Source: Trichlorobacter lovleyi SZ (GTDB lineage Bacteria > Desulfobacterota > Desulfuromonadia > Geobacterales > Pseudopelobacteraceae). Taken from it: a stretch of DNA of 32,000 nt. Shown here piece after piece: positions 8,639-16,192 of the stretch (position 1 is the stretch's first letter; each line of letters starts with the position of its first letter). The DNA lies in NCBI RefSeq assembly GCF_000020385.1, contig NC_010814.1, forward strand, positions 120,001-152,000, written 5' to 3'. The position numbers were made by a program, and so were the translations under genes. The notes beneath the pieces were generated by a model. It was not told where the DNA came from. It saw only the letters and a program-made list of their open reading frames with translations, and made no database searches.

Positions 8639-9091
8639 TTAAGCGGAACATCCGGGTTTTGAAGCTTGCTGCGCTATCTCAGCCAGACATTTTTCGATGG
8701 CGGAGAAGAGATCCGCCAGGAGAACCGGTTTAACGATAAAACAATCAAATTCAGTGGTTTTTCCGGCTGGACTTTGGAGGCTGAATTTACCGTTTTTCCC
8801 CGTTTCAGCCGTTTTACCGCTAATGGCGATCAGCTTTGTATCCGGTTTTATGGCTCGGATGGTCTCAGCCATTTGCACACCGCACATCTCCGGCATGTTA
8901 ATGTCAGTTACAACGATATCAGGGGTGTGGGTCAAAAAGAGTTCCAGCCCCTGTTTACCGTTGGCAGCTGTGTAGAGTGTGATTGCCGGAAAACTGGCGA
9001 TAATCAGAGAGGCCTGCAGCTCCAGAATCATTTCGTCATCTTCCACCCAAAGCATCGCCAACGCAGTTTTTTGATCAAATTCGGTTTTCAC
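8639..9091 (-). CDS. single-domain response regulator (CheY-like receiver)
   Basis: 150 aa. WVEDDEMILEL...DIVVTDINMPEMCG...LIAISGK...FIVKP carries the receiver acidic pocket, phospho-Asp and conserved Lys. The start is GTG 9091, preceded by AGGTGG; an internal ATG is possible. Confidence 0.85.
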   Translation of the reverse strand: MKTEFDQKTALAMLWVEDDEMILELQASLIIASFPAITLYTAANGKQGLELFLTHTPDIVVTDINMPEMCGVQMAETIRAIKPDTKLIAISGKTAETGKNGKFSLQSPAGKTTEFDCFIVKPVLLADLFSAIEKCLAEIAQQASKPGCSA

Positions 9092-9215
9092 AGTCCACCT
9101 CTCGGTTCAAGCCTGATCGGCTGGAATTGATATGGGGAAAGGGAGATCGAGTACCTGCTGGGACTAAAATCAATCATTCTGTCAAAGGTCGTTAAAGAGG
9201 AAACGGCCCGCTATT

Positions 9216-9767
9216 TCAAGTGGAAGTACTGAACGGCAGGGTTGTCTGTGAGGCAGCCTGTTTTCTGATTTGTTCGGTCTCCTGTTCACTGATTCCCAGT
9301 GACAGCAGAAAGGCCTGATGGGCCTGGGGGGCGCGCCGCTCAAACTCGCTGTGCCACTGCAGCATGGCCTGGTCGTCCATGCCGGCGGCCCGCAGCATCT
9401 CAATCCAGGTCTGCTTGTCCACCGCCTGTGACAGTTCTCCGCCGGTTGGCAGCGTGAGCATCCCGGCCAGCAGCCGTTGCTGGGCCTGCAACTGTCTGAT
9501 TTCGCTGCCGATAGCCTGCAGTCTCTGCCTGATGACCGCCTCGCTGCCGTCTGCGGCGGTTGCCAGCAGACAACGGATTTCTTCTATCCCAAGACCTGCC
9601 TGACGGTAAGAACAGATCAGGGCCAACCGCTCCTTGTCGGCAGTTGAATAGAGGCGATAGCCCGCCTCACTGCGGCCGGAAGGGCAGAGCAGGCCGACCC
9701 GGTCGTAGTAGAGCAGGGTGCTGCGTGAGAGCTTGAAACTGCGGGCCAGCTGGCTGATGCGATACAT
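9216..9767 (-). CDS. MerR family transcriptional regulator with an unassigned ~60-aa C-terminal domain
   Basis: The track ORF starts at a TTG (9779). I prefer ATG 9767 (MYRISQLARSFKLSRSTLLYYDRVGLL...GYRLYS, the MerR HTH), with GGAG 9 nt upstream. Confidence 0.85.
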   Translation of the reverse strand: MYRISQLARSFKLSRSTLLYYDRVGLLCPSGRSEAGYRLYSTADKERLALICSYRQAGLGIEEIRCLLATAADGSEAVIRQRLQAIGSEIRQLQAQQRLLAGMLTLPTGGELSQAVDKQTWIEMLRAAGMDDQAMLQWHSEFERRAPQAHQAFLLSLGISEQETEQIRKQAASQTTLPFSTST

Positions 9768-9785
9768 GCGATGCTCCAAATAGGT

Positions 9786-9808
9786 GCGGCCCCGGAAAAC
9801 GGGGCCGC
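9786..9808 (-). terminator. GC-rich stem-loop (9-bp stem GCGGCCCCG / CGGGGCCGC, 5-nt loop) between the small ORF and merR
   Basis: Read directly. It lies 14 nt after the small ORF stop (9822-9824) and just upstream of the merR SD. The minus-sense tail ACCTATTTGG is only weakly U-rich, so the call as terminator or attenuator is tentative. Confidence 0.35.
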
Positions 9809-9821
9809 CACTGTTTTATGA

Positions 9822-10007
9822 TTACGCACTCTTGGCGCGAATCTCTGCAATACGTTCGTTTGAAAGTCCCAGCCATTCCAGAAAGCTCTGGTGGCCGGCC
9901 GGATTTTCGGTTTCAAACAGGTGATGCCATTGCTGCATGGCGGCTTGATCCAGCCCGATGGCCCGAAAACGGGCAACCCATTCCTCTACGGTTACGTTTG
10001 GTTGCAT
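9822..10007 (-). CDS. small (61 aa) protein paralogous to the C-terminal domain of the adjacent MerR regulator
   Basis: ORF 9822..10046. I moved the start to ATG 10007 (AAGGAGA 6 nt upstream). MQPNVTVEEWVARFRAIGLDQAAMQQWHHLFETENPAGHQSFLEWLGLSNERIAEIRAKSA aligns with MerR residues VDKQTWIEMLRAAGMDDQAMLQWHSEFERRAPQAHQAFLLSLGISEQETEQIRKQAA. Confidence 0.7.
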   Translation of the reverse strand: MQPNVTVEEWVARFRAIGLDQAAMQQWHHLFETENPAGHQSFLEWLGLSNERIAEIRAKSA

Positions 10008-10056
10008 ACGGTGTCTCCTTGTCCTGTGGTTTTGTGTCGTGGCCATGACAAGGGTT

Positions 10057-10087
10057 ACGCTAAACTGTGAAGCGGTAGACAGGTCAA
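10057..10087 (-). promoter_or_regulatory. candidate MerR-type promoter: TTGACC-N19-TAGCGT with an imperfect dyad across the spacer
   Basis: In minus sense, TTGACC (10087-10082), a 19-nt spacer, then TAGCGT (10062-10057). Dyad TGACCTGT-N10-ACAGTTTA matches at 6 of 8 arm positions. Over-long 19-20 bp spacers are the hallmark of MerR-activated promoters. Confidence 0.4.
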
Positions 10088-10138
10088 GCTGTTTGTCACT
10101 GCCAGCATTAATCCAGTGAGACCGTATGGGTCAGGGTG

Positions 10139-10609
10139 CTACTTTGTCGGCGTAGCGGGCTTCGTCTGTTCTTTACCCAAAGCACGTTGCAGTTCCTTTG
10201 CATCAAGATGTTTTTCAAAACCGGAGAAGTAGTTAGAAACCTCAGCATTGGCCATAAGCCCCTGCATGGCCACCTGTCCCAGCACGCCAAAGCTCGCCTT
10301 GAAGGTATCCTCCCCTTCAAACTCCACCGCTTGCCTGGTTTCAGTTTTACAGCTTACGGTAAGTAACCGCATCACCAGTTTGGCGGTCTCCTTGTTGAGT
10401 TGCTCCCCCTTTTCCGGTGTGACGGCGCTCAGGGATCTGACGTCAGGATGGGTAGCCATGGCAGCAAAGATCCATTTGATCAACAGGGTCTTGTCAGCCT
10501 CGCTGGTGGATCTGACCAGACATTTTGACATCTCATCGGTAAACGGGCCTGCCCATGCCGTTGCTGCCATGCTGATGAGCATCAGAAATAGCAGTATCTT
10601 CAGCCTCAT
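10139..10609 (-). CDS. secreted/periplasmic hypothetical protein
   Basis: ATG 10609 is preferred (AAGGAGG 5 nt upstream). Signal peptide MRLKILLFLMLISMAATAWA. No recognised domain. Confidence 0.65.
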   Translation of the reverse strand: MRLKILLFLMLISMAATAWAGPFTDEMSKCLVRSTSEADKTLLIKWIFAAMATHPDVRSLSAVTPEKGEQLNKETAKLVMRLLTVSCKTETRQAVEFEGEDTFKASFGVLGQVAMQGLMANAEVSNYFSGFEKHLDAKELQRALGKEQTKPATPTK

Positions 10610-10711
10610 AACCACCTCCTTGGGAATTGTTGCGATAATACAAACGGATGTTCAGAACCCTTTTACTCTTGTTACAGGTGGCTTGCAAGTGGGTCATGGG
10701 TTGTTTCCGGG

Positions 10712-12556
10712 TCAGACGCGCGATGAGGGTAGCGTCACGGTAAAGCGTGCCCCGCAGCCGAGGGCGCTCTGCACCGCAATGGTGCCGCCGTGGTTGCGGA
10801 CAATCCCCCAGGAGACCGCCAGTCCCAGGCCGGTACCGTTCTGCTTGGTGCTGAAGAAGGGGGAAAACAGCCGCTCCTGCTGTTCCGGGTCGATGCCGGG
10901 ACCGGTGTCGGCGACGGTTATCGAGCAGGTGCCGTCAGGATCAGCCTCGGTGCTGATGGTGAGCCGGCCTTCCCCTTCCATGGCCTGCAGACCGTTCAGG
11001 ATCAGGTTGGTAAAGACCTGACGCAGTTGCTCGCGGTCAGCCTCCAGCTGGATTGCGGTCTGTTGGTAGCGGCGTTCAATCGTGTAGCCTGCCAGCGGCA
11101 CCTGATGGCCGATCTGGTTCAGGATCTCATCCAGAAGATCCGGCAAAGGAAAGCGGCTGACCTGACGTTTCTCCTGCCGGGCCAGGCTCAAAAGACTTGA
11201 GGTGATCCGGTTGATCCGGCCGGCCTGGGTCAGGATTTCGCTAACCTCTTCCTGATCGTCTGCCCCTGCGGGGATCGACATCTGCAACAGCTCGGCATTG
11301 CCGCGAATAATGGCCAGCGGGTTGTTGATCTCATGGGCTACTCCGGCAGAGAGCATCCCCAACTCAGCCAGACGCTCGTTGCGTGCCAGCTCCTTTTCTG
11401 TCTCAAGCAGTTGCCGACTTTTCTCTTCCAGCTCAGCGGTTCGCTGCTGGACCTTCTGTTCAAGGGTGCGGTTAAGGGTGCTGATCTCGGCCTCCCGCCG
11501 GCCGAGCTGCCTGCCCAAGCTGGTGGTCAGGCCGACTGCCAGCAGGGTCAGGACCAGCAGCAGCGCTGCAAAGGTTAGGTTAAGGTTGTTGCGGAGAGAG
11601 AGGTAGGGGCGTTCCGGCAGACCGACATACAGCGCCCCCACCACGGCACCGTCGGGATCACGCAACGGCTCATAGGCGGCAAAGTAGCGCTCATGCAGGA
11701 CATAGGCCGGAGCGATCCAGACCTCTCCCCGCTGCAGGACCTGCTGGGCCACTTCGGCTGAAAGCCGGGTGCCGGTGGCACGCTGTCCGTTTTTATCGGT
11801 AACCGTGGTGGCGATCCTGACATCATCCAGAAAGATGGTGGCAGTCTCATGTAACAGACCGTCCTGCTGTTGCGGTGCGATCAGCCGGGTAATCCGGTCT
11901 GCCAGCGGTTCATTGTTGTTCAGCAGCTGTCCAGCCAGCAGCGCCCCGTGCAGTTCTCCGTCAGCAGCGGTAATCGGTACGGCGGCAACCAGAAACAGGC
12001 CGCGCTGTTCAGCTGTCTTGCTGGTGGGAAGGGCGTGTTGCGACGGAAGCAGGGGGACCAGCATCTGATCCGGTAACAGCGGATTTTCCTGTCCGGCCTG
12101 CAGGGCAGACAGCAGCACGGTCCCCTGGCTGGCGCGTCCGGCCAGGGCCTCGGCCACTGGCTTGAGATGCCGCAGTGTATCGCCGAGGCGCTCAGGGTTG
12201 GCGGCGCGGTAACGTACCTGGCCGTAGCGGTCCACCACGGTCAAAAAACTGAAACTGCGGCTGCCTGAAAGGAGGCTCAGCAGACGGGATATGTCACCGG
12301 TTGTGTTTCCCTGCAGCAGGCGGGCCAGTTCAGGGCTGCGGCTGATCACCTGCAGTCCTTCAGACAGCCGGCTCAGCTCTCCCTGGTACAGCTCCCTGGC
12401 AGTGCCAAGGTCGCTGCGGGCCTCTTCCTGGGCCTGTCCGGCCACCCGGGCGTTGATCAGATGGTTGCCGGCCAGCCAGCAGACCAGCAGTGCGGAGACC
12501 AGTGGCAGCAGGGTGGTCAGCAACAGCCGGCGCCGGATATGTGGAGTGGTTGCCAT
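10712..12556 (-). CDS. sensor histidine kinase with a large periplasmic Cache-type domain (NtrB-like partner of the sigma-54 regulator)
   Basis: ORF 10712..12721. I moved the start to ATG 12556 (MATTPHIRRRLLL..., 8 nt after the regulator stop). Two TM segments flank about 340 aa that include GQRATGTRLS...YFAAYEPLRDPDGAVVGALYVGL (Cache). H-box GVAHEINNPLA. N and G boxes NLILNGLQAM and GTGLGLAVS. Confidence 0.85.
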   Translation of the reverse strand: MATTPHIRRRLLLTTLLPLVSALLVCWLAGNHLINARVAGQAQEEARSDLGTARELYQGELSRLSEGLQVISRSPELARLLQGNTTGDISRLLSLLSGSRSFSFLTVVDRYGQVRYRAANPERLGDTLRHLKPVAEALAGRASQGTVLLSALQAGQENPLLPDQMLVPLLPSQHALPTSKTAEQRGLFLVAAVPITAADGELHGALLAGQLLNNNEPLADRITRLIAPQQQDGLLHETATIFLDDVRIATTVTDKNGQRATGTRLSAEVAQQVLQRGEVWIAPAYVLHERYFAAYEPLRDPDGAVVGALYVGLPERPYLSLRNNLNLTFAALLLVLTLLAVGLTTSLGRQLGRREAEISTLNRTLEQKVQQRTAELEEKSRQLLETEKELARNERLAELGMLSAGVAHEINNPLAIIRGNAELLQMSIPAGADDQEEVSEILTQAGRINRITSSLLSLARQEKRQVSRFPLPDLLDEILNQIGHQVPLAGYTIERRYQQTAIQLEADREQLRQVFTNLILNGLQAMEGEGRLTISTEADPDGTCSITVADTGPGIDPEQQERLFSPFFSTKQNGTGLGLAVSWGIVRNHGGTIAVQSALGCGARFTVTLPSSRV

Positions 12557-12563
12557 GGTTGAA

Positions 12564-13913
12564 CTATTCCGCCTTGTATTCCTGTAGCTTACGGTCCAGG
12601 GTCTTGCGGGAGATGCCCAGTATCTCGGCGGTCTTGCTTTTGTGAAAGCCGGTCTGTCTGTAGACGCCAAGGATATGCTGCCGCTCCAGCGTGTCCAGTG
12701 AGACCAGCGGTGTGACCTCATCGTTGCGCAGCGGCGCGGTCCTGCTGCAGACCGGCAGCAGGTCTGAGGTCAGCTGGGTGCCTTGGGCCAGGATCACGGC
12801 CCGCTCGATCACATTTTCCAGCTCCCGCACATTGCCAGGCCAGTGGTAGCGGGACATGCAGAGCAGGGCATCAGGGTCAATGCCATGCAGCTCCTTTTTC
12901 ATCCGGGCGGCAAAGCGACGCACAAAGTGGCGTGCCAGCGGTTCAATATCCTCCGGTCGCTCCCGTAGCGGCGGCAGGGTCAGGGATATGACGTTCAGGC
13001 GGTAGTAAAGGTCCTCCCGGAAACGTCCCTCAGCAACCTCCAGCTGCAGGTCGCGGTTGGTGGCAGCCACAAAGCGGACATCCACCGTCCTGGGCTTGGT
13101 TGAACCGATCGGGATGAACTCCTTCTCCTGGATGACCCGCAGCAGCTTGGCCTGGATGGTTGGTGAGACATCACCGATCTCATCCAGAAACAGGGTGCCG
13201 CCATCCGCCTCTTCCAGCAGTCCCTTCTGATTCATGATCGCACCGGTGAAGGCGCCGCGCAGGTGGCCAAAGAGCTGGCTCTCCAGCAGCGAATCCGACA
13301 GGGCGGCGCAGTTGAGCGAGACAAAGCCATGCTCACGACGGCCGGAGTTGGCATGCACGGTGCGGGCAATCAACTCCTTGCCGGTGCCTGACTCGCCCAA
13401 GATCAGGATGTTGGCCTCGCTTGAGGCGACCTGCAGGGTCAGGTCGTACACCTCCCGGAAACGGGGGGAACTGAAGACAATCGAGCTGTCATCCCCGCCC
13501 CGCTGCAGTTCCTCCCGCAGACGCCGGTTCTCATCAGCCAGGCGGTGGTGTTCCAGCGCCTTGGCCAAGACCCCCATGATCTTTTCCTTGGGAAACGGCT
13601 TCAAGACGTAATCATAGGCCCCTAGCCGGATGGCATGGACCGCATCATCCACTGTGCCGTGGGCGGTCATCACCACCACCGGCATCTCCGGCCGGAGCTG
13701 ATGCACCTGTTTCAGGATATCAATACCGTTGATGTCCGGTAGACGCACGTCCTGCAGTAGCAGGTCAACCGGTTCCATTGATGTAACCGCCAGGCGTGCC
13801 AGCAGGGCGGTGCCGCTGCTAAAGGTCTCTACGGCATAGCCCTGTGTTTTAAGCAGTTTAGATAGATAACGCAGGATGCCTTCTTCATCATCGCAGATCA
13901 GGATACGGGGCAT
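12564..13913 (-). CDS. sigma-54-dependent response regulator (NtrC family: receiver + AAA+ + Fis-type HTH)
   Basis: 449 aa. Receiver ILICDDEEGI...DVRLPDINGID. Walker A GESGTGKE. GAFTGA sigma-54 contact loop. C-terminal HTH KSKTAEILGISRKTLDRKL. Confidence 0.92.
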   Translation of the reverse strand: MPRILICDDEEGILRYLSKLLKTQGYAVETFSSGTALLARLAVTSMEPVDLLLQDVRLPDINGIDILKQVHQLRPEMPVVVMTAHGTVDDAVHAIRLGAYDYVLKPFPKEKIMGVLAKALEHHRLADENRRLREELQRGGDDSSIVFSSPRFREVYDLTLQVASSEANILILGESGTGKELIARTVHANSGRREHGFVSLNCAALSDSLLESQLFGHLRGAFTGAIMNQKGLLEEADGGTLFLDEIGDVSPTIQAKLLRVIQEKEFIPIGSTKPRTVDVRFVAATNRDLQLEVAEGRFREDLYYRLNVISLTLPPLRERPEDIEPLARHFVRRFAARMKKELHGIDPDALLCMSRYHWPGNVRELENVIERAVILAQGTQLTSDLLPVCSRTAPLRNDEVTPLVSLDTLERQHILGVYRQTGFHKSKTAEILGISRKTLDRKLQEYKAE

Positions 13914-13930
13914 GAGCTGATTCCTTTGGG

Positions 13931-13982
13931 AATGTACACGAGCGTTTTAGACAAAATGATACAACAAGGGACAAATGTACAC
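13931..13982. promoter_or_regulatory. candidate upstream activator sites: two direct copies of AATGTACAC
   Basis: AATGTACAC occurs at 13931-13939 and 13974-13982, start-to-start spacing 43 bp. The second copy ends 76 nt upstream of the TGGCAC element. Each contains the TGTACA palindrome. Confidence 0.4.
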
Positions 13983-14057
13983 ATAAAAAACGTCCCGCTG
14001 TGCCGTAAACGATCAGCGCCCAAATAGTAACCTGCTTGATTTACATGTTTTTCAGGA

Positions 14058-14074
14058 TTGGCACGGCTTCTGCT
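14058..14074 (+). promoter_or_regulatory. sigma-54 (-24/-12) promoter of the hydrogenase operon
   Basis: TTGGCACGGCTTCTGCT. GG is at 14060-14061 and GC at 14072-14073, the canonical 12-nt offset of TGGCAC-N5-TTGC. It lies about 60 nt upstream of the hybS ATG, facing away from the NtrC-type regulator gene. Confidence 0.7.
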
Positions 14075-14136
14075 CTCTCCGCAGCTCGATACGGTTTGTA
14101 TACAGGATAAACCTGCAAACTACTGCGGAGGCACGA

Positions 14137-15267
14137 ATGAGTCAGTTAGGGCATTTTTTCGGCAGCGGGATCAGCCGCCGGGATTTTATCAAGACCTGTG
14201 TGGCAACAACGGCAGTCATGGGGCTGCCTTTCAGCATGGCTGCCAAGGTGGCGGAAGCCGCCCAGGCACCGGATCGGCCGCCGGTGATCTGGCTGCATTT
14301 TCAGGAGTGTACCGGCTGTTCTGAGTCGCTGCTGCGGGCCAATCACCCAGCTCCAGCCACCCTGCTGTTGGAGATGATCTCGCTGGACTACCACGAGACC
14401 CTGATGGCCGGCTCCGGCCACCAGGCTGAGAAGTCGCTGCACGACTCCATGAAGGCCAATCATGGCAAGTATATCCTGATCGTGGAAGGGGCGATCCCCA
14501 CCAAGGAGAACGGCATCTACTGCAAGGTGGGTGGCAAGACCGCCCTTGAGTCCCTGCGTAAGGCAGCCGAGGGGGCAGCCGCCATTATCTCGGTCGGTAC
14601 CTGCGCCAGCTACGGCGGTATCCAGGCTGCCCCGCCCAACCCCACCGGCGCTGTGGGGGTGCGGGATATCATCAAGGACAAGCCGATCATCAACATCCCC
14701 GGCTGTCCGCCTTCCCCCTATAACCTGCTTTCCACCGTGCTGTATTTCCTGACCTTTAAGAAACTGCCGGAACTGGATCAGATGGGCCGTCCCAAGTTTG
14801 CCTATGGCCGCCGGATTCACGAACATTGCGAGCGCCGTCCCCACTTTGATGCGGGACGTTTTGCCAAGGACTATGGCCATGAGACCCATGCCCAGGGCTA
14901 CTGCCTCTACAAGCTGGGTTGCAAGGGTCCGGCCACCTATGCCAACTGTTCGGTACAGCGCTTTAACGATGCCGGGGTCTGGCCGGTCTCGGTGGGCCAC
15001 CCCTGTATTGGCTGTACCGAGCCGGATATTCTGTTCCGTACCGCCATTGCCGACAAGGTCCAGATCCACGAACCAACGCCGTTTGACAGCTATGCGCCGG
15101 TGGATCTGAAGGATAAGGGCAAAGGGGCCAGCCCGGTTACCACCGGTGTGCTGGGCTTGGCAGCCGGGGCCGCCCTGGGGGCCGGGGCCATGCTGGCCCG
15201 CAAGCTGCCGGATGCGGAGCAACCTGCTGAACATGAGCAGGGAGGCGACCATGAGCACAAAGAGTAG
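14137..15267 (+). CDS. hybS: [NiFe] hydrogenase small subunit (group 1, Tat-exported, C-terminal membrane anchor)
   Basis: 376 aa. Twin-arginine signal GISRRDFIKTCVATTAVMGLP. Fe-S ligand motifs ECTGCSES, GTCASYGG, GCPP, HPCIGCTEP. C-terminal TM VTTGVLGLAAGAALGAGAML. GGAGG RBS. The E. coli equivalent is hybO. Confidence 0.93.
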   Translation: MSQLGHFFGSGISRRDFIKTCVATTAVMGLPFSMAAKVAEAAQAPDRPPVIWLHFQECTGCSESLLRANHPAPATLLLEMISLDYHETLMAGSGHQAEKSLHDSMKANHGKYILIVEGAIPTKENGIYCKVGGKTALESLRKAAEGAAAIISVGTCASYGGIQAAPPNPTGAVGVRDIIKDKPIINIPGCPPSPYNLLSTVLYFLTFKKLPELDQMGRPKFAYGRRIHEHCERRPHFDAGRFAKDYGHETHAQGYCLYKLGCKGPATYANCSVQRFNDAGVWPVSVGHPCIGCTEPDILFRTAIADKVQIHEPTPFDSYAPVDLKDKGKGASPVTTGVLGLAAGAALGAGAMLARKLPDAEQPAEHEQGGDHEHKE

Positions 15268-16192
15268 TAGGCGCGAGTTCCTGAAGCTGGCTGGTCTGGC
15301 CGGTGCGGGGCTGGTGACTGCGCCTGCCATGGCGCTGGCCGGCCACCCGGTTGCCGGGGCCAATGATGAAGAGCTGGGCATGCTGTACGATGCCACCAAA
15401 TGTGTCGGTTGCAAGGCCTGCATGTCGGCCTGCAAGCGGGTTAACGGCGATTACGGCTCACTTGCCTATGAACAGGCCACGTTTGATCCGGACAAGCTTT
15501 GGGATGCCCCCCAGGATCTGACCGGTTCCACCCGTACCCTGATCAAGCTGGTCAAGGATACGCCCAAGGAGTGGTCCTATGTGAAGTACTCCTGCATGCA
15601 CTGCCAGAAACCATCCTGCGTCTCGGTCTGCCCGGTTTCGGCCATGACCAAGGACAAGATCACCGGGATTGTGGATTACAACAAGAACACCTGTATCGGC
15701 TGCCGCTACTGCCAAGTGGCCTGTGCCTTCAACATCCCCAAGTTTCAGTGGGAGAAGGCGATCCCCCAGATTGTGAAGTGCGACCTCTGCACAAACACCA
15801 ATCTGAAGCAGAAGGGGATCTCGGCCTGCGCCGAGGTCTGCCCCACCGGCGCAATCATGTTCGGCAAGCGCAAGGATCTGCTGGCCGAGGCCAAAAAACG
15901 GCTGGCCGAACATCCCAAGCAGTACGTCAACCATATCTACGGTGAGCATGAGCTGGGGGGTACCAACCACCTCTACCTGGCCGCACTGCAGTTCAAGAAG
16001 CTGGGCCTGCCGGAGCTGAAGAGCGAGGCACCGGCCGAGTTCTCTGAAAAGATTCAGCACACCATCTACAAAGGGTTTATCGCACCGGTGGCCCTCTACA
16101 GCACGCTCTGTTTCATTGCAGTCAGAAATATGAAGAAGGGCAGCGCTCATACAGATGAGCAGAAGAAAAACAGTGATGGAGGGGATCAATGA
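15251..16192 (+). CDS. hybA: hydrogenase 4Fe-4S ferredoxin-type electron-transfer subunit (HybA type)
   Basis: ORF 15146..16192. I moved the start to ATG 15251 (GGAGG at 15241-15245). Tat signal SSRREFLKLAGLAGAGL. Cys clusters CVGCKACMSAC, CMHCQKPSCVSVCP, CIGCRYCQVAC, CDLC...CAEVCP. C-terminal TM. Overlaps hybS by 17 nt. Confidence 0.9.
   Translation: MSTKSSRREFLKLAGLAGAGLVTAPAMALAGHPVAGANDEELGMLYDATKCVGCKACMSACKRVNGDYGSLAYEQATFDPDKLWDAPQDLTGSTRTLIKLVKDTPKEWSYVKYSCMHCQKPSCVSVCPVSAMTKDKITGIVDYNKNTCIGCRYCQVACAFNIPKFQWEKAIPQIVKCDLCTNTNLKQKGISACAEVCPTGAIMFGKRKDLLAEAKKRLAEHPKQYVNHIYGEHELGGTNHLYLAALQFKKLGLPELKSEAPAEFSEKIQHTIYKGFIAPVALYSTLCFIAVRNMKKGSAHTDEQKKNSDGGDQ

Noticed and set aside
12557-12721. 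N-terminal extension of the Cache kinase ORF overlapping the regulator gene
   Set aside because: The extension overlaps the HTH-coding end of the NtrC-type gene. ATG 12556 sits 8 nt after that gene's stop and precedes the first TM helix.
14146-15435. 429-aa ORF on the minus strand covering hybS and the start of hybA
   Set aside because: It is antisense to a gene with unmistakable hydrogenase small-subunit motifs. It is Gly/Ala/Arg/Pro-rich with no RBS or recognisable domain, the typical shadow ORF of high-GC DNA.
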